From Syntrophorhabdaceae bacterium (GTDB lineage: Bacteria; Desulfobacterota; Syntrophorhabdia; Syntrophorhabdales; Syntrophorhabdaceae), in the NCBI GenBank assembly GCA_963666485.2, contig CAXXUO010000009.1, positions 320,001-384,000 of the forward strand: a stretch of 64,000 bases of DNA, written 5' to 3'. How positions within the stretch are numbered: the first letter of the stretch is position 1; every line of letters begins with the position of its first letter. This document shows positions 1-12,578 of this stretch, one piece after another. Both the position numbers and the translations under genes were made by a program. The notes beneath the pieces are model-generated. The model did no database searches and had not been told where the DNA came from. It saw only the letters and a program-made list of their open reading frames with translations.

Positions 1-18
1 TGGGTTTTCCGTCGTTCC

Positions 19-219
19 TTATCGTATGATGGCCTGGATAATCTTGGACAGGCCGATGTCGACTATGCCAAGAAAGAGCGATGCGATGACCACTGTTATG
101 AGGACAATGTATGTGCCTTTCATGGCATCCTTGCGCGATGGCCAGGTTACCCTTTTACCTTCGTGATACACTTCCCGGAAGTAATCTTTTATAGGTTCAA
201 GTTTCTCTTTGAAATCCAT
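19..219 (-). CDS. secE: Preprotein translocase subunit SecE
   Basis: 66 aa with KRVTWPSR motif and one C-terminal TM helix; canonical tuf-rpmG-tRNA-Trp-secE order. Confidence 0.95.
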   Translation of the reverse strand: MDFKEKLEPIKDYFREVYHEGKRVTWPSRKDAMKGTYIVLITVVIASLFLGIVDIGLSKIIQAIIR

Positions 220-237
220 TTATCACCATAAATTTAA

Positions 238-311
238 CAGGCCAGGAGGGATTCGAACCCCCAACACCCGGATTTGGAGTCCGGTGCTCTATCCGTTAGA
301 GCTACTGGCCT
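238..311 (-). tRNA. trnW: tRNA-Trp (CCA)
   Basis: Reverse complement AGGCCAGTAGCTCTAACGGATAGAGCACCGGACTCCAAATCCGG...GGTTCGAATCCCTCCTGGCCTG folds as a cloverleaf with anticodon CCA; 3' CCA not encoded. Confidence 0.95.
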
Positions 312-320
312 TTTGTATGC

Positions 321-470
321 CTATTTTGTCTCCTTATGGCTTGTGTGTTTCCTGCACGCGTAGCAGTATTTCTTCAGTTCAAGCCTGTCGGGAGTCTTCT
401 GTTTGTTCTTCGTTGTCGTGTAATTTCGTCTCTTGCATTCCCCGCAAGCCAATATCACAAGTTGCCGCAT
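321..470 (-). CDS. rpmG: 50S ribosomal protein L33 (zinc-binding type); absent from the ORF track
   Basis: Hand translation [49 protein letters not shown] (49 aa); lies between tuf and tRNA-Trp. Confidence 0.95.
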   Translation of the reverse strand: MRQLVILACGECKRRNYTTTKNKQKTPDRLELKKYCYACRKHTSHKETK

Positions 471-482
471 TGTAATTCCCCT

Positions 483-1682
483 TTATTCGATTATCTCGGT
501 GACGACGCCGGCACCGACCGTCTTGCCGCCCTCGCGGATGGCAAACCTCAGCTCCTTCTCGAGCGCGATGGGTGTGACGAGCTCAACGGAGAGCGTCACG
601 TTGTCGCCGGGCATGACCATCTCGACGCCGTCGGGGAGCTTCGCCACGCCGGTGACGTCCGTTGTCCGCAGGTAGAACTGGGGACGGTAGCCGGAGAAGA
701 ACGGCGTGTGGCGGCCGCCCTCTTCCTTCGTCAGGATGTAGACCTCGCCCTTGAACTTCGTGTGGGGCGTGATGGAGCCGGGCTTCGCGACGACCTGGCC
801 GCGCTCGACCTCGTCCTTCTTCGTGCCACGGAGCAGCAGGCCGACGTTGTCGCCCGCCATACCGGAGTCGAGGATCTTTCTGAACATCTCGACGGAGGTG
901 GTGACGGTCTTCTGGGTGGGACGGAAGCCGATGATCTCGACCTCGTCGCCGGGCTTCACGACGCCCCTCTCTATCCTTCCCGTTACGACCGTGCCGCGGC
1001 CGGAGATCGTGAAGACGTCCTCGACGGGCATGAGGAAGGGCTTGTCCGTGTCGCGGGCGGGCTCGGGTATATAGGAGTCGACCGCATCGAGGAGCTCGTA
1101 GATGCTCTTGCAGTCAGGGCAGTTCGGGTCCCCGCAGCCGTGCTCCAAGGCCTTTAAGGCCGATCCCTTGATGATGGGGATGTCGTCGCCGGGGAACTCG
1201 TACTGGGTTAAGAGCTCACGGAGCTCCATCTCGACGAGCTCGATGAGCTCGGGGTCGTCGACCATGTCCGTCTTGTTGAGGTAGACGACCATGGAGGGCA
1301 CGCCGACCTGGCGGGCAAGGAGTATGTGCTCACGGGTCTGGGGCATGGGGCCGTCGTTGGCTCCCACGACCAGGATAGCGCCGTCCATCTGGGCGGCACC
1401 CGTGATCATGTTCTTGATATAGTCGGCATGGCCCGGGCAGTCCACGTGCGCGTAGTGGCGGTTGGCCGTCTCGTACTCGACGTGGGCGGTGGCGATCGTG
1501 ATGCCCCTTTCCTTCTCCTCGGGCGCCTTGTCGATCTGGTCGAACGGGATCCACTCGGCCTGGCCCTTGTTCGCGAGGCAGCGGGTGATGGCGCTCGTCA
1601 GGGTGGTCTTCCCGTGATCTATATGGCCGATGGTTCCTATGTTGACATGTGGTTTCGTCCGTTCAAACTTTTTCTTACCCAT
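483..1682 (-). CDS. tuf: Elongation factor Tu
   Basis: [21 protein letters not shown] and [14 protein letters not shown] motifs. Confidence 0.99.
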   Translation of the reverse strand: MGKKKFERTKPHVNIGTIGHIDHGKTTLTSAITRCLANKGQAEWIPFDQIDKAPEEKERGITIATAHVEYETANRHYAHVDCPGHADYIKNMITGAAQMDGAILVVGANDGPMPQTREHILLARQVGVPSMVVYLNKTDMVDDPELIELVEMELRELLTQYEFPGDDIPIIKGSALKALEHGCGDPNCPDCKSIYELLDAVDSYIPEPARDTDKPFLMPVEDVFTISGRGTVVTGRIERGVVKPGDEVEIIGFRPTQKTVTTSVEMFRKILDSGMAGDNVGLLLRGTKKDEVERGQVVAKPGSITPHTKFKGEVYILTKEEGGRHTPFFSGYRPQFYLRTTDVTGVAKLPDGVEMVMPGDNVTLSVELVTPIALEKELRFAIREGGKTVGAGVVTEIIE

Positions 1683-1706
1683 ACTGGACCTCCGTGATAT
1701 TTTTTA

Positions 1707-1782
1707 TGGAGCCCATGAGCGGGATTGAACCGCTGACCTCATCCTTACCAAGGATGTGCTCTGCCGACTGAGCTACATGGGC
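1707..1782 (-). tRNA. trnT: tRNA-Thr (GGT)
   Basis: GCCCATGTAGCTCAG...CCTTGGTAAGG...GGTTCAATCCCGCTCATGGGCTCCA; anticodon GGT; CCA encoded. Confidence 0.96.
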
Positions 1783-1984
1783 ACCAACCAAAAGGATATA
1801 TCCCAAGTCGTGCACTTTCAGGCAGAAACAACTCCCCACCCGCTTTTTTTCTTACTTTTCAGCGGGCAACGATCGTTCCGCCCATAATTCAAGGGGCATA
1901 CGCCCCGGTATACTCAACCTTACGAAACGGGAATCAACCGTCTCGCGCTTTCTTCTGGAGCGGGCATCTTCACCCGCGACTTTT

Positions 1985-2061
1985 TGGAGCGGGAAACGGG
2001 ACTCGAACCCGCGACCCTCAGCTTGGAAGGCTGATGCTCTAACCAACTGAGCTACTCCCGC
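1985..2061 (-). tRNA. trnG: tRNA-Gly (TCC)
   Basis: GCGGGAGTAGCTCAG...GCCTTCCAAGC...GGTTCGAGTCCCGTTTCCCGCTCCA; anticodon TCC. Confidence 0.96.
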
Positions 2062-2100
2062 ATATATCTTTATGAGCCTTAAGCCAAGGCTCGTTTTTTA

Positions 2101-2185
2101 TGGTGGAGAGGGGTGGGATCGAACCACCGAAGGCTTCGCCAACAGATTTACAGTCTGCCCCCTTTGGCCGCTCGGGAACCTCTCC
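2101..2185 (-). tRNA. trnY: tRNA-Tyr (GTA)
   Basis: 85 nt with long variable arm, anticodon arm GACTGTAAATC, ends ACCA. Confidence 0.96.
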
Positions 2186-2191
2186 GTATAT

Positions 2192-2264
2192 AGCTGGTGA
2201 TGGGACTCGAACCCGCAACCTGCTGATTACAAATCAGCTGCTCTGCCGATTGAGCTACACCAGC
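2192..2264 (-). tRNA. trnT: tRNA-Thr (TGT)
   Basis: GCTGGTGTAGCTCAATCGGCAGAGCAGCTGATTTGTAATCAG...; anticodon TGT; CCA not encoded. Confidence 0.95.
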
Positions 2265-2273
2265 AAAATAGTT

Positions 2274-2303
2274 ATTATACTACAAGAATCGTGCCAAAAT
2301 CAA
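2274..2303 (-). promoter_or_regulatory. Probable sigma70 promoter of the tRNA-tuf operon
   Basis: Minus strand TTGATT-N18-TATAAT ending about 10 nt before the tRNA-Thr 5' end. Confidence 0.6.
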
Positions 2304-2475
2304 CATGAAGTTCCTTACGAATAAACATAATGTATTAAAATATTTTGGCGGGCGATGTCAACATATTCCTTGCACTATTGTACCATAATCTGCCGTACTC
2401 AATATAGCATATTGACAAAGGAACCTGAAATGTAGTTACATAATACGCTTTTATCATTTAGGAGGTGATGCTGTT

Positions 2476-2760
2476 ATGGTATGCGCAACATTGAAACCGG
2501 GTATCGAGTGCCTGTTCATGAAGAAAGCAGGATGTTCATACAGCGGAGGGAAGTGCTTTACGGTCGTCGAGAACTGCGATGGCTGCACCAGGGTCGTCGT
2601 ATTTGAAACGGGAAGTTATTGCTCAAGTTTTCCCTCTCCTGCCCAGAAATGGCAGAAGGGCAACTGCCCGATGTCAACCCACGTAAAGAAAGCGGTTGCA
2701 AAAGAAGAGCAGAAGATCAACCCGCTGAAGGCATCAAAAAGGGCCGCCGGCAAGAAATAA
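2476..2760 (+). CDS. PxxKW family cysteine-rich protein
   Basis: Multiple Cys, PAQKW motif, C-terminal KINPLKASKR; strong SD AGGAGG upstream. Confidence 0.85.
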   Translation: MVCATLKPGIECLFMKKAGCSYSGGKCFTVVENCDGCTRVVVFETGSYCSSFPSPAQKWQKGNCPMSTHVKKAVAKEEQKINPLKASKRAAGKK

Positions 2761-2874
2761 CGGCGCAAACAGGCCGCAGGGGCGGGATTTACAATACAAT
2801 CGTGCAGAACTATTTGACTTTCCCATCTTAAGGATGGTAAAACAGACGCACGTTTTTAACAGGAGGGCAATCTT

Positions 2875-3141
2875 TTGAGGAAGAATAAGTCGGCTATCAA
2901 GAGGGCGGTACAGTCTGAAAAACGCAGGCTGAGAAATTCTCATTTCAAAACAACGATGAAAACGAAGATCAAACGGGTCATAGGCGCTATCGAAGCCAAA
3001 AGTGCCGAGACCGAAGCGGTGTTCAGAGATGCCGTCGCCTCCATAGACAAGGCTTCTTCAAAGGGAGTCATCCATCCGAACAACGCAGCCCGGAAGATCT
3101 CCCGCCTCGCCAGGAAACTCCACAAAAGCCAGCAGGCCTGA
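2875..3141 (+). CDS. rpsT: 30S ribosomal protein S20
   Basis: KSAIKR...KGVIHPNNAARKISRL; SD GGAGG; TTG start. Confidence 0.97.
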   Translation: MRKNKSAIKRAVQSEKRRLRNSHFKTTMKTKIKRVIGAIEAKSAETEAVFRDAVASIDKASSKGVIHPNNAARKISRLARKLHKSQQA

Positions 3142-3163
3142 TCAATCCAATTTTAGATCGCAA

Positions 3164-3200
3164 AATAAGCCAGGGCATCTCCGCCCTGGCTTATTATTTT
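3164..3200 (+). terminator. Rho-independent terminator after rpsT
   Basis: 13-bp stem AATAAGCCAGGGC / GCCCTGGCTTATT followed by T-rich tail. Confidence 0.65.
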
Positions 3201-3283
3201 AACGTTCTGCTCCATTTTGCGTCTGAAGATCTTTGTGGCATTCTTTTCAGCCAAATGCGTGAAAAACCCAAAATTACCACAGG

Positions 3284-3407
3284 CCGTCATTCCGGCTTGC
3301 CGGAATCCGGTGTCTTTTTTCTTTTGTTTGGAAAGATATAATAAAAACAATTAGTTGAAAAAGGCTAAAGACACTGGATTCCGCCGCAAAAGCCGGCGGA
3401 ATGACGG
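3284..3407. repeat. Inverted REP doublet (CGTC-type, REPIN-like)
   Basis: CCGTCATTCCGGC...GGAATCCGGTGTCTTT and AAAGACACTGGATTCCG...GGAATGACGG arms flank an AT-rich spacer; same family at 13843 and 55186. Confidence 0.75.
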
Positions 3408-3456
3408 ACTGAATTAGCATGTAGTCTTGAAAGTACCCTGTGTTGCAGAACAGGTT

Positions 3457-3972
3457 TTAGTACTCAAGCAAGAGCTGGGCACTGAAGCGCCTTGCCATAC
3501 GTGCCGACATGCGCCTGATGGCCTCGCGCCGGTTGTATTCCTCGGCGCCGCTCTGGATCTTGTAGTACTCGTAGTCAGAAAGGGTAAAATTTTTCACTAG
3601 TTTCCCGTTTCTTTGATACAGCGAAACGACCATCACAACGGCTACCGTCTTCTCAATGACCGTGCCATCGGTAGCCAGTGCGTTCGGTGCCGTTGTTACA
3701 GTCTGGATGTTACCCTTGATATAGGCATCCGCATTCGCCTGGTTGATGGTAAAAAGTCCCGACCCCAGGAGTTCTTTCGCAAAAGAATCCGTCACAGGCT
3801 GGGCTATGCTGGATTCAAACGTTGAATTAGTGAATATAGATACGTAGATCGACGAGATCTCGCCCCCGTAGATACCTTTTCCCCCGATAACCTGGTACCC
3901 GCATGCCCCCGCCATGAGAACGAAGACCAAGATACAACACATCGCTACTTTTTTCGCACTGCTTTTTTTCAT
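3457..3972 (-). CDS. lptE: LptE family (LPS assembly) lipoprotein
   Basis: Start moved to ATG at 3972 (MKKSSAKK...); lipobox AGACGY; directly downstream of leuS as is canonical. Confidence 0.75.
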   Translation of the reverse strand: MKKSSAKKVAMCCILVFVLMAGACGYQVIGGKGIYGGEISSIYVSIFTNSTFESSIAQPVTDSFAKELLGSGLFTINQANADAYIKGNIQTVTTAPNALATDGTVIEKTVAVVMVVSLYQRNGKLVKNFTLSDYEYYKIQSGAEEYNRREAIRRMSARMARRFSAQLLLEY

Positions 3973-4006
3973 AAAGTTTCCCACCGGGCGTCTCTTCCCG
4001 TTCCCG

Positions 4007-6481
4007 TCATCCGCACACGATATTAACGAGCTTGTTCGGAATGACGATCGTCTTCCTGACCGTTTTTCCCTCGATATGCCTTTGCACCTTTTCGAGAGCA
4101 AAGACGATCTCCTTGATGGCGTCTTCCGAAAGGTCCCTGTCCGCTTCGAACGTATCACGGAGCTTGCCGTTTATTTGAACAGGGATCATGATCTTCTCTT
4201 CCTTGACGAGCTCGCTGTCCCAGGCCGGCCAGGACCTGCCGATCGATGCAGCATCACCGCCCAGAGTTTGCCACAATTCGCATGTTATATGGGGCACGAA
4301 CGGGTAAAGAAGCTTGAGAACGGTTTCCACAGAGCCTTTAAAAAGCGCCTGTGCCCTGGCGTTCAGGTTGCCTTTTTCGATGAACTTATACGTCAGGTTC
4401 ACGAGCTCCATCACGCCGGCGATCGCCGTGTTCAGGTGAAACCGTTCCAGATCTTCACTGACCTTCATTATCGTTTTGTGTATCTTGTGAATAAGGGCCT
4501 TTTCGTCGGCCGAAGCATCCGAAAATTTATCCGCCGATGTAACGCCTTTCAGCGCATCCTTGTGTTCATCTACCAGCCTCCAGACCCTCTGCAGGAATCG
4601 GTAGCTGCCCTCAACGCCCTGGTCACTCCAGTCAAGGTCCCTCTCAGGGGGCGATGCGAAGAGGCAGAACAGCCGGGCTGTATCTGCTCCATACCTTTCG
4701 ATGAGATAATTGGGATCGACGACATTGCCCTTGGACTTGGACATCTTTGCGCCGTCCTTGATGACCATTCCCTGGGTCAGCAGGTTCTTGAAAGGCTCCC
4801 GGACATCGACAAGGCCGAGTTCGCTCAAGACCCTGTTGAAGAACCGGGAATACAAAAGGTGGAGCACGGCATGCTCGATGCCACCTATGTACTGGTCCAC
4901 GGGCATCCAGTAATCGACCCGTTTTTTGTCGAGGGGCCCGTTAAAATCGGGGCATGTATATCTCAGGAAATACCACGACGATTCGACGAACGTGTCCATC
5001 GTGTCCGTCTCCCGCCGCGCCTTGCCTTTGCACGCGGGGCATTCCACCTCGTAAAATGCGGGGTAGTCGGCAAGAGGCGACCGGCCGACCATCTTTATCT
5101 CGAGGTCTGTCGGGAGCACCACGGGCAGGTCGGCCTCGGGCACGGGGACTGTGCCGCATTTTTCGCAGTAGATGATGGGGATAGGTGCCCCCCAGTACCT
5201 CTGGCGGGAGATGCCCCAGTCTTTCAGACGGAAATTGACCGTTCTCGTTCCCAGGCCTTTCTCTTCGAGGTAATCAATGATCGCGTTTATTGCCTGGCGG
5301 TTGTTCATCCCGTTGAATTGGGCCGAATTGACGAGCACGCCGTCATCCACGAAGGCGCAGTCCATGGTCGCCGGGTCGAGCATCCTGTCTTTCGGCATGA
5401 TGGTCACGATGACCGGGATGTTATATTCCCGGGCAAATTCGTAGTCCCTCTGATCGTGGGCCGGGACCGCCATGATGGCGCCCGTCCCGTATTCCATGAG
5501 CACGAAATTGCCGACGTAGATCGGGATCTTTGTGCCGTTAAGCGGGTTGATGGCGTATTTCCCGGTAAAGACACCCTCTTTCTCGAGGCTGATCTCTCCG
5601 CGAAAGCTTCTGTCCTGCGACTTTACCTTCTGGACAAAATCACCGACCGCCTTTTCCTGGTCCGTTCCGCGCGAAAGTTCGAGCGTAAGCGGATGCTCGG
5701 GCGCAAGCACCATGAAGGTTACGCCATAGAGGGTATCCGGCCGTGTTGTAAATATCGTGAACGGCGAGCCGTCCTCGAGCGTAAAATGAACTTCCACGCC
5801 GTAGCTCTTGCCGATCCAGTTCTTCTGCATGCTGGTGACCTTCTCCGGCCAGCCCGGCAGTTTGTCGCAGTATTCGTACAGTTCGTCCGCATACCTGGTG
5901 ATAGCGAAAAACCACTGCGTGAGCTCCTTCTGGACGACCTCTTCGCCGCACCGCCAGCAATTCCCGCCTTCTACCTGCTCATTCGCGAGGACGGTCTGGC
6001 ATTTCGGGCAGAAATTGACAGGGGAACTCTTGCGGTACACAAGCCCCTTCTCGTACATTTTCAGGAACATCCACTGTTCCCACCGGTAATAATCGACGCT
6101 GCACGTCGCGATCTCGCGCCGCCAGTCATACCCGAAACCGAGTCTCTTTAACTGATCACGCATGTAATCAATATTTTTGTAGGTCCATGCAGCGGGCTGT
6201 ATCCCTCTTTCAATGGCCGCGTTTTCCGCAGGCATACCGAATGCGTCCCATCCCATCGGGTGAAGGACATTCAGGCCCTGCATCCTTTTGTACCGGGATA
6301 TGACATCGCCAATCGAGTAGTTGCGCACGTGCCCCATATGGATATTCCCCGATGGATAGGGGAACATCTCGAGCAGGTAGAACTTCCGCTTTGCGGGGTC
6401 CTCGTCGACATCGAATGCCCTGTTGTCTTCCCAGAATTTTTGCCATTTCTCTTCTATCGCGTGCGGTTCGTAGGGATTCAT
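4007..6481 (-). CDS. leuS: Leucine--tRNA ligase
   Basis: [13 protein letters not shown] and KMSKSKGN motifs; CP1 editing region. Confidence 0.98.
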   Translation of the reverse strand: MNPYEPHAIEEKWQKFWEDNRAFDVDEDPAKRKFYLLEMFPYPSGNIHMGHVRNYSIGDVISRYKRMQGLNVLHPMGWDAFGMPAENAAIERGIQPAAWTYKNIDYMRDQLKRLGFGYDWRREIATCSVDYYRWEQWMFLKMYEKGLVYRKSSPVNFCPKCQTVLANEQVEGGNCWRCGEEVVQKELTQWFFAITRYADELYEYCDKLPGWPEKVTSMQKNWIGKSYGVEVHFTLEDGSPFTIFTTRPDTLYGVTFMVLAPEHPLTLELSRGTDQEKAVGDFVQKVKSQDRSFRGEISLEKEGVFTGKYAINPLNGTKIPIYVGNFVLMEYGTGAIMAVPAHDQRDYEFAREYNIPVIVTIMPKDRMLDPATMDCAFVDDGVLVNSAQFNGMNNRQAINAIIDYLEEKGLGTRTVNFRLKDWGISRQRYWGAPIPIIYCEKCGTVPVPEADLPVVLPTDLEIKMVGRSPLADYPAFYEVECPACKGKARRETDTMDTFVESSWYFLRYTCPDFNGPLDKKRVDYWMPVDQYIGGIEHAVLHLLYSRFFNRVLSELGLVDVREPFKNLLTQGMVIKDGAKMSKSKGNVVDPNYLIERYGADTARLFCLFASPPERDLDWSDQGVEGSYRFLQRVWRLVDEHKDALKGVTSADKFSDASADEKALIHKIHKTIMKVSEDLERFHLNTAIAGVMELVNLTYKFIEKGNLNARAQALFKGSVETVLKLLYPFVPHITCELWQTLGGDAASIGRSWPAWDSELVKEEKIMIPVQINGKLRDTFEADRDLSEDAIKEIVFALEKVQRHIEGKTVRKTIVIPNKLVNIVCG

Positions 6482-6517
6482 CGTAAACGCTCTCCGAATG
6501 TTGTTCGTGTGCCCGGT

Positions 6518-7717
6518 CTATTTCTCCTGCATGGCGCGTATGCGCAGCCGCAGTGCATTGCAGCGTATAAAGCCGCCGGCATCCTTCTGGTCATACACGG
6601 TGTCCGTATCGAATGTCGCAAATTCCTTCATATAGAGCGAATTGGCAGATTTCCGCCCGGCCACGCTGCAGGTGCCCTTGTACAGTTTCATCCGTGCCGT
6701 GCCGTTGACAACAGACTGTATCTCGTCGGTCAGTGCCATCATTGCCTTCATCTCGGGTGAATACCAGAAACCGTAGTAAATGAGTTCCGCGATCTTCGGG
6801 ATAAGGCCGTCGCGGATATGCATGACCTCGCGGTCAAGCGTCAGGGTCTCGACCGCGCGATGGGCCGCGTGAAGGATGGTGCAGCCCGGGGTCTCATAGA
6901 CGCCGCGCGATTTCATCCCGACGAAACGGTTCTCGACGATATCGACCCGTCCTATACCATTCTTCCCGCCGATCTTGTTGAGGTGATCGACAATGCCGAA
7001 CGCCGACATCTTTTCCCCGTCAACCGCTACGGGTACGCCTTTCTCGAACGTGATCTCGATGTACGTCGGTTTGTCCGGGGCCTTCTCCGGCGATACTGTC
7101 GTCAGGAACATGTCTTCGTTCGGCTCCGACCACGGGTCTTCCAGGACCCCGCCTTCGTAGCTGATATGCATGAGGTTGCGGTCCATGCTGTAGGGTTTCT
7201 TCTTCGTGACCGGCACCTCTATGTCGTGCTTCTTTGCATAATCTATGAGATCGTCGCGCGACGTGAACTCCCATTCCCGCCACGGCGCTATGATCTTCAC
7301 GTTCGGCTCCATCGCGTAGAACGTGAGCTCGAACCGGACCTGGTCGTTGCCTTTGCCCGTCGCGCCATGACACACCGCATCGGCATTCTCCTCGCGCAAT
7401 ATCTCGATCTGCCTCTTCGCTATGAGGGGCCGGGCGATGGATGTGCCCATGAGATAATTCCCTTCGTATATCGCGTTCGACTTGATCGCAAAAAATATAA
7501 AATCCCGCGCAAACTCCTCGCGCAGGTCTTCGATGTACACCTTCGATGCGCCTGTCTTTATCGCTTTCTCCTTCAGCCCGACCAGTTCTTCTTCCTGGCC
7601 GACGTCGGCAGCATACGCGATGACCTCGCAGTCATAGACATCCTTGAGCCACTTGACAATGATCGATGTGTCGAGCCCGCCTGAATAAGCAAGGACCACT
7701 TTCTTAACTTTTTTCAT
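6518..7717 (-). CDS. argG: Argininosuccinate synthase
   Basis: [10 protein letters not shown] and [13 protein letters not shown]; start ATG 7717 with SD GGAGG. Confidence 0.97.
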   Translation of the reverse strand: MKKVKKVVLAYSGGLDTSIIVKWLKDVYDCEVIAYAADVGQEEELVGLKEKAIKTGASKVYIEDLREEFARDFIFFAIKSNAIYEGNYLMGTSIARPLIAKRQIEILREENADAVCHGATGKGNDQVRFELTFYAMEPNVKIIAPWREWEFTSRDDLIDYAKKHDIEVPVTKKKPYSMDRNLMHISYEGGVLEDPWSEPNEDMFLTTVSPEKAPDKPTYIEITFEKGVPVAVDGEKMSAFGIVDHLNKIGGKNGIGRVDIVENRFVGMKSRGVYETPGCTILHAAHRAVETLTLDREVMHIRDGLIPKIAELIYYGFWYSPEMKAMMALTDEIQSVVNGTARMKLYKGTCSVAGRKSANSLYMKEFATFDTDTVYDQKDAGGFIRCNALRLRIRAMQEK

Positions 7718-7731
7718 CCTGACCTCCATTT

Positions 7732-8661
7732 TTATTCGGCGAGAGTCGTCGCCTGGCCCTTGAGAAGCCACTCAAGAAGCGCCTTCTGCACGTGCAATCT
7801 GTTCTCCGCCTGCGTGAATATCACATCACTGAACCGCTCGAACACCTCGCCGGTTATCTCCTGCCCCCTGTATGCGGGGAGGCAGTGCATGACGATAGCG
7901 TCCCGGTGTGCATGCTTCAGCAATCTATCATCTATTTTGTACCCTTTAAATGCTTTTTTTCGTGCCGCCTTTTCTTTTTCCTGGCCCATGCTGACCCATA
8001 CGTCCGTGTATATCACGTCAGCACCGCGCACAGCCTCTTTCGGATCGTCGGTGAGCACAAAACCAGGGTTCTTCGATGCCGCGGCAACAAGCTCCCTGTC
8101 CGGCTCATACCCTTTCGGCGCGGCGATAGCGAAGGGCATTTTCAGCAGTATCGCCGCTTCGATCCACGAGTTCGCTACGTTGTTCCCGTCGCCGATGTAT
8201 GCGACCTTCACCTTCGAGGGGTCTCCTTTGTACTCCTTGATTGTAAAAAGATCGGACAGTATCTGGCACGGGTGCAGCTGGTCAGACAGGCCGTTTATGA
8301 CCGGTATCGTCGCCCATTTGGCGAGATCGTCGACTATGCCCTGGGAAAAGGTGCGGACCATGATCCCGTGAACATACCGGCTCATGACCCGTGCCGTATC
8401 CTGTATGGGCTCACCCCGGCCTATCTGGGTCTCCGTGGGGCTTAAGAAAACGGCGTGCCCGCCGAGCTCCTGCATCCCGGCCTCAAATGAAATGCGTGTC
8501 CGCGTCGATGCTTTCTCGAATATCATCGCGAGGTTCTTGCCCTTGAGCGTCTCATGCGCTTTGCCCTTGCGGCGCAGTTCTTTGAGCTGCTTCGCCCTTT
8601 TCAGGAGATGGTCGTACTCCTTTTTTGTAATGTCCAGTAGTTTGGTAAAGTCCCTTTTCAC
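7732..8661 (-). CDS. argF: Ornithine carbamoyltransferase
   Basis: STRTR, HPCQ, SMG and HCLP motifs. Confidence 0.97.
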   Translation of the reverse strand: MKRDFTKLLDITKKEYDHLLKRAKQLKELRRKGKAHETLKGKNLAMIFEKASTRTRISFEAGMQELGGHAVFLSPTETQIGRGEPIQDTARVMSRYVHGIMVRTFSQGIVDDLAKWATIPVINGLSDQLHPCQILSDLFTIKEYKGDPSKVKVAYIGDGNNVANSWIEAAILLKMPFAIAAPKGYEPDRELVAAASKNPGFVLTDDPKEAVRGADVIYTDVWVSMGQEKEKAARKKAFKGYKIDDRLLKHAHRDAIVMHCLPAYRGQEITGEVFERFSDVIFTQAENRLHVQKALLEWLLKGQATTLAE

Positions 8662-9851
8662 ACTTTTTTCCTTTCGAATATCTGGTCCGCTATCTCGAGG
8701 AATATGTCGATCTCCTCTTTCTTCACGATGAGCGGCGGGACAAGGCGCAGGGTTGTCCCTTTCGTGCAGTTCAGGATGATCCCTTCAGCAAGAAATTCGC
8801 GTGCAACGGCGTCGCCATCGAGGGTAAGCTCGATGCCCCTGATCAGGCCGATCCCCCGTATTTCAGTGACAAAGGGGAATTTTTTCTGGATCGCGAGGAG
8901 TCCCTGGTAGAGATATTCACCGGATTCAACGGCATTCTTGAGTATCTTGTCGTCAATGATCGTGTTGAGGGTGGCAAGCACGGCGGCCGAGGCGAGCGGA
9001 TTTCCGCCGAATGTCGAGGCGTGCGTGCCCGGCACGAACGCAGACATTATCTCGTCGGTCGCAACGATGGCCCCCACCGGGAAACCATTTCCGAGCGCCT
9101 TCGCGAGGCTCATGATGTCGGGTTCGATCCCGAAATGCTCATATGCGAAAAACTTCCCCGTCCTTCCGATGCCCGTCTGGACCTCGTCGAGGATGAGGAG
9201 TATATCTTTCTCTTTTGTAAACGTGCGAAGCTGCCGGACATATTCCGTGTCTGCGACATAAACACCGCCCTCGGCCTGGATGAGTTCGAGCATGACGGCG
9301 CATGTCTTCTCGCTGACCGCATTTTTCAGTGCGTCGATATCATTGAACGGGACATGGGTGAAACCCTGTGTCAGGGGTTCGAAGCCCACCCCGAACTTCT
9401 TCTGGCCCGTTGCGGCAAGAGTGTTCACCGTCCTGCCGTGAAACGAGTTCTCCATGGTGATGATCTCGTGCCTGCCTTCGCCGTACTTGTTCCAGGAGTA
9501 CCTCCGGGCGAGCTTGATAGCCGCTTCGTTCGCCTCCGCGCCGCTGTTGCAGAAAAAGACCTTGTCACCGAACGAGTTTTCGACAAGCATCTGGGCCGCC
9601 TTGATCTGCGGCTCCATGTAGAACAGGTTCGACACATGGAACAATTTCTTCGCCTGGGCGGTCAGCCCCTCGACGACCTTTTCATGGGCGTGGCCCAGGT
9701 TGCATACGGCTATGCCCGCAAGGAAATCGAGGTACCGCCGGCCGTTGACATCCCAGAGCCAGCATCCTTCCCCCCGCGAGATCGCCATCGGGAACCGCGT
9801 GTATGTGTTCGCAATATACTGCGTTGCCTTCTTTATCAGGTCTTCCTGCAT
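8658..9851 (-). CDS. argD: Acetylornithine aminotransferase
   Basis: NSGAEANE, FHGRT, DEVQTG and AKALGNG class III aminotransferase motifs; arg operon context. Confidence 0.95.
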   Translation of the reverse strand: MQEDLIKKATQYIANTYTRFPMAISRGEGCWLWDVNGRRYLDFLAGIAVCNLGHAHEKVVEGLTAQAKKLFHVSNLFYMEPQIKAAQMLVENSFGDKVFFCNSGAEANEAAIKLARRYSWNKYGEGRHEIITMENSFHGRTVNTLAATGQKKFGVGFEPLTQGFTHVPFNDIDALKNAVSEKTCAVMLELIQAEGGVYVADTEYVRQLRTFTKEKDILLILDEVQTGIGRTGKFFAYEHFGIEPDIMSLAKALGNGFPVGAIVATDEIMSAFVPGTHASTFGGNPLASAAVLATLNTIIDDKILKNAVESGEYLYQGLLAIQKKFPFVTEIRGIGLIRGIELTLDGDAVAREFLAEGIILNCTKGTTLRLVPPLIVKKEEIDIFLEIADQIFERKKV

Positions 9852-9854
9852 TTC

Positions 9855-10694
9855 TTAATCTCCTATTATCTCTGTGCCGATCCCGGAATCCGTGAAAACT
9901 TCGAGCAAGATCGCGTGGGGCACCCTGCCATCGACGACGTGGGCTTCCCTCACGCCTGCCTTTAGTGCGTCGGTACAGCATGTCACCTTCGGGATCATCC
10001 CGCCCGTCACTGTAGAATTCTCGATGAGCTTCTCGATCTCGGAGCGCTTGAGCATCGAGATCAGTTTACCGTCCTTGTCCATGACGCCTTCGACGTCAGT
10101 CAACAGAATGAATTTTTCCGCCGAAAGCGCCGCGGCGATGCTCCCGGCCGCCGTATCGGCGTTTATGTTGTACGCCTTGCCGTCCACGCCGTCGGCGATT
10201 GGCGCAATGACGGGAATGTAACCGTGCCGCGAGATATCCTTGATAATGGCGACATCGACCGAGACGATCTCGCCGACAAGGCCAATATCCTTCCCGGCAA
10301 CCTGCTTCGCCATGAGGAGCCTGCCGTCCTTGCCGGACAGCCCGATCGCCTTTCCGCCCATGTCGTTTATATTCTTCACGATCTCCTTGTTCACGCTCCC
10401 GGAGAGAACCATTTCGGCCACCTCGAGGGTCTTCTCATCGGTGACGCGCAGGCCGTCGACGAACCGCGTCGGTATCTGAAGGTCCTTGAGCAGTTTGCCG
10501 ATCATCGGCCCGCCCCCGTGAACGATCACGGGGTTGATGCCCACGTACTTCAAAAGCGCGACGTCCTTGGCAAATTCCTTTTTCAGGGACGCCTCCTCCA
10601 TTGCAGCACCGCCGTACTTTATGACAAAGATAGAGCCGGCAAACTTGCTGATATAAGGAAGGGCTTCCAGCAGCGTCTTTATTTTCTCGCTCAT
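9855..10694 (-). CDS. argB: Acetylglutamate kinase
   Basis: IKYGG, VHGGGP, NINAD and GGMIPK motifs; ATG 10694 preferred (alternative GTG 10703). Confidence 0.96.
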   Translation of the reverse strand: MSEKIKTLLEALPYISKFAGSIFVIKYGGAAMEEASLKKEFAKDVALLKYVGINPVIVHGGGPMIGKLLKDLQIPTRFVDGLRVTDEKTLEVAEMVLSGSVNKEIVKNINDMGGKAIGLSGKDGRLLMAKQVAGKDIGLVGEIVSVDVAIIKDISRHGYIPVIAPIADGVDGKAYNINADTAAGSIAAALSAEKFILLTDVEGVMDKDGKLISMLKRSEIEKLIENSTVTGGMIPKVTCCTDALKAGVREAHVVDGRVPHAILLEVFTDSGIGTEIIGD

Positions 10695-10718
10695 TACAAA
10701 CACCCCGGTATACGTAAT

Positions 10719-12049
<1,331 letters not shown>

Positions 12050-12050
<1 letters not shown>

Positions 12051-12574
12051 CAAAGTTCCTCTATGTTGATCCTGTCGTTGGTATAGATGCATATCTCGGA
12101 CGCGATGGCCATTGCCTCCCGCACAATCTCACCGGCCGACAGTGACGTGTGTTTGACAAGGGCCTTTGCCGCGGCCTGTGCGTAGGGGCCGCCTGAGCCT
12201 ATCGCGGCGATGCCGTCGTCCGGCTCTATGACGTCCCCGTTGCCGGACAGGATCAGTGTGTGGTCCATGTCTGCCACGATAAGGAGCGCCTCGAGCTTTC
12301 TTAAGAGCCTGTCGGTCCTCCAGTCCTTCGCGAGCTCGACCGACGCGCGCATGATATTGCCATTGTACTGTTCAAGTTTTTTTTCGAAACGCTCAAAAAG
12401 CGTGAATGCGTCGGCCGTCGCCCCCGCGAAACCGGCAAGGCACTTGTCCTGGTAGAGCCTCCGGACCTTCTTCGCCGTGTGTTTCATGACGGTTGCATTC
12501 AGTGTGACCTGGCCATCCCCTCCAATAGCAATTCCCCCATTGTGCCTGACGCACAAAACAGTTGTGGCTTCCAT
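12050..12574 (-). CDS. hslV: ATP-dependent protease subunit HslV
   Basis: MEATTVLC (catalytic Thr), GDGQVT and GSGG; start ATG 12574. Confidence 0.96.
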
Positions 12575-12578
12575 TTTT

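Noticed and set aside
1852..2324. ORFs 1852-2046 and 2100-2324
   Set aside because: They overlap tRNA genes and show no protein-like features.
3914..6151. 745-aa plus-strand ORF and similar long antisense ORFs opposite tuf, argG, argD, hslU, xerC and proS
   Set aside because: These are shadow frames produced by the codon bias of conserved genes on the opposite strand.
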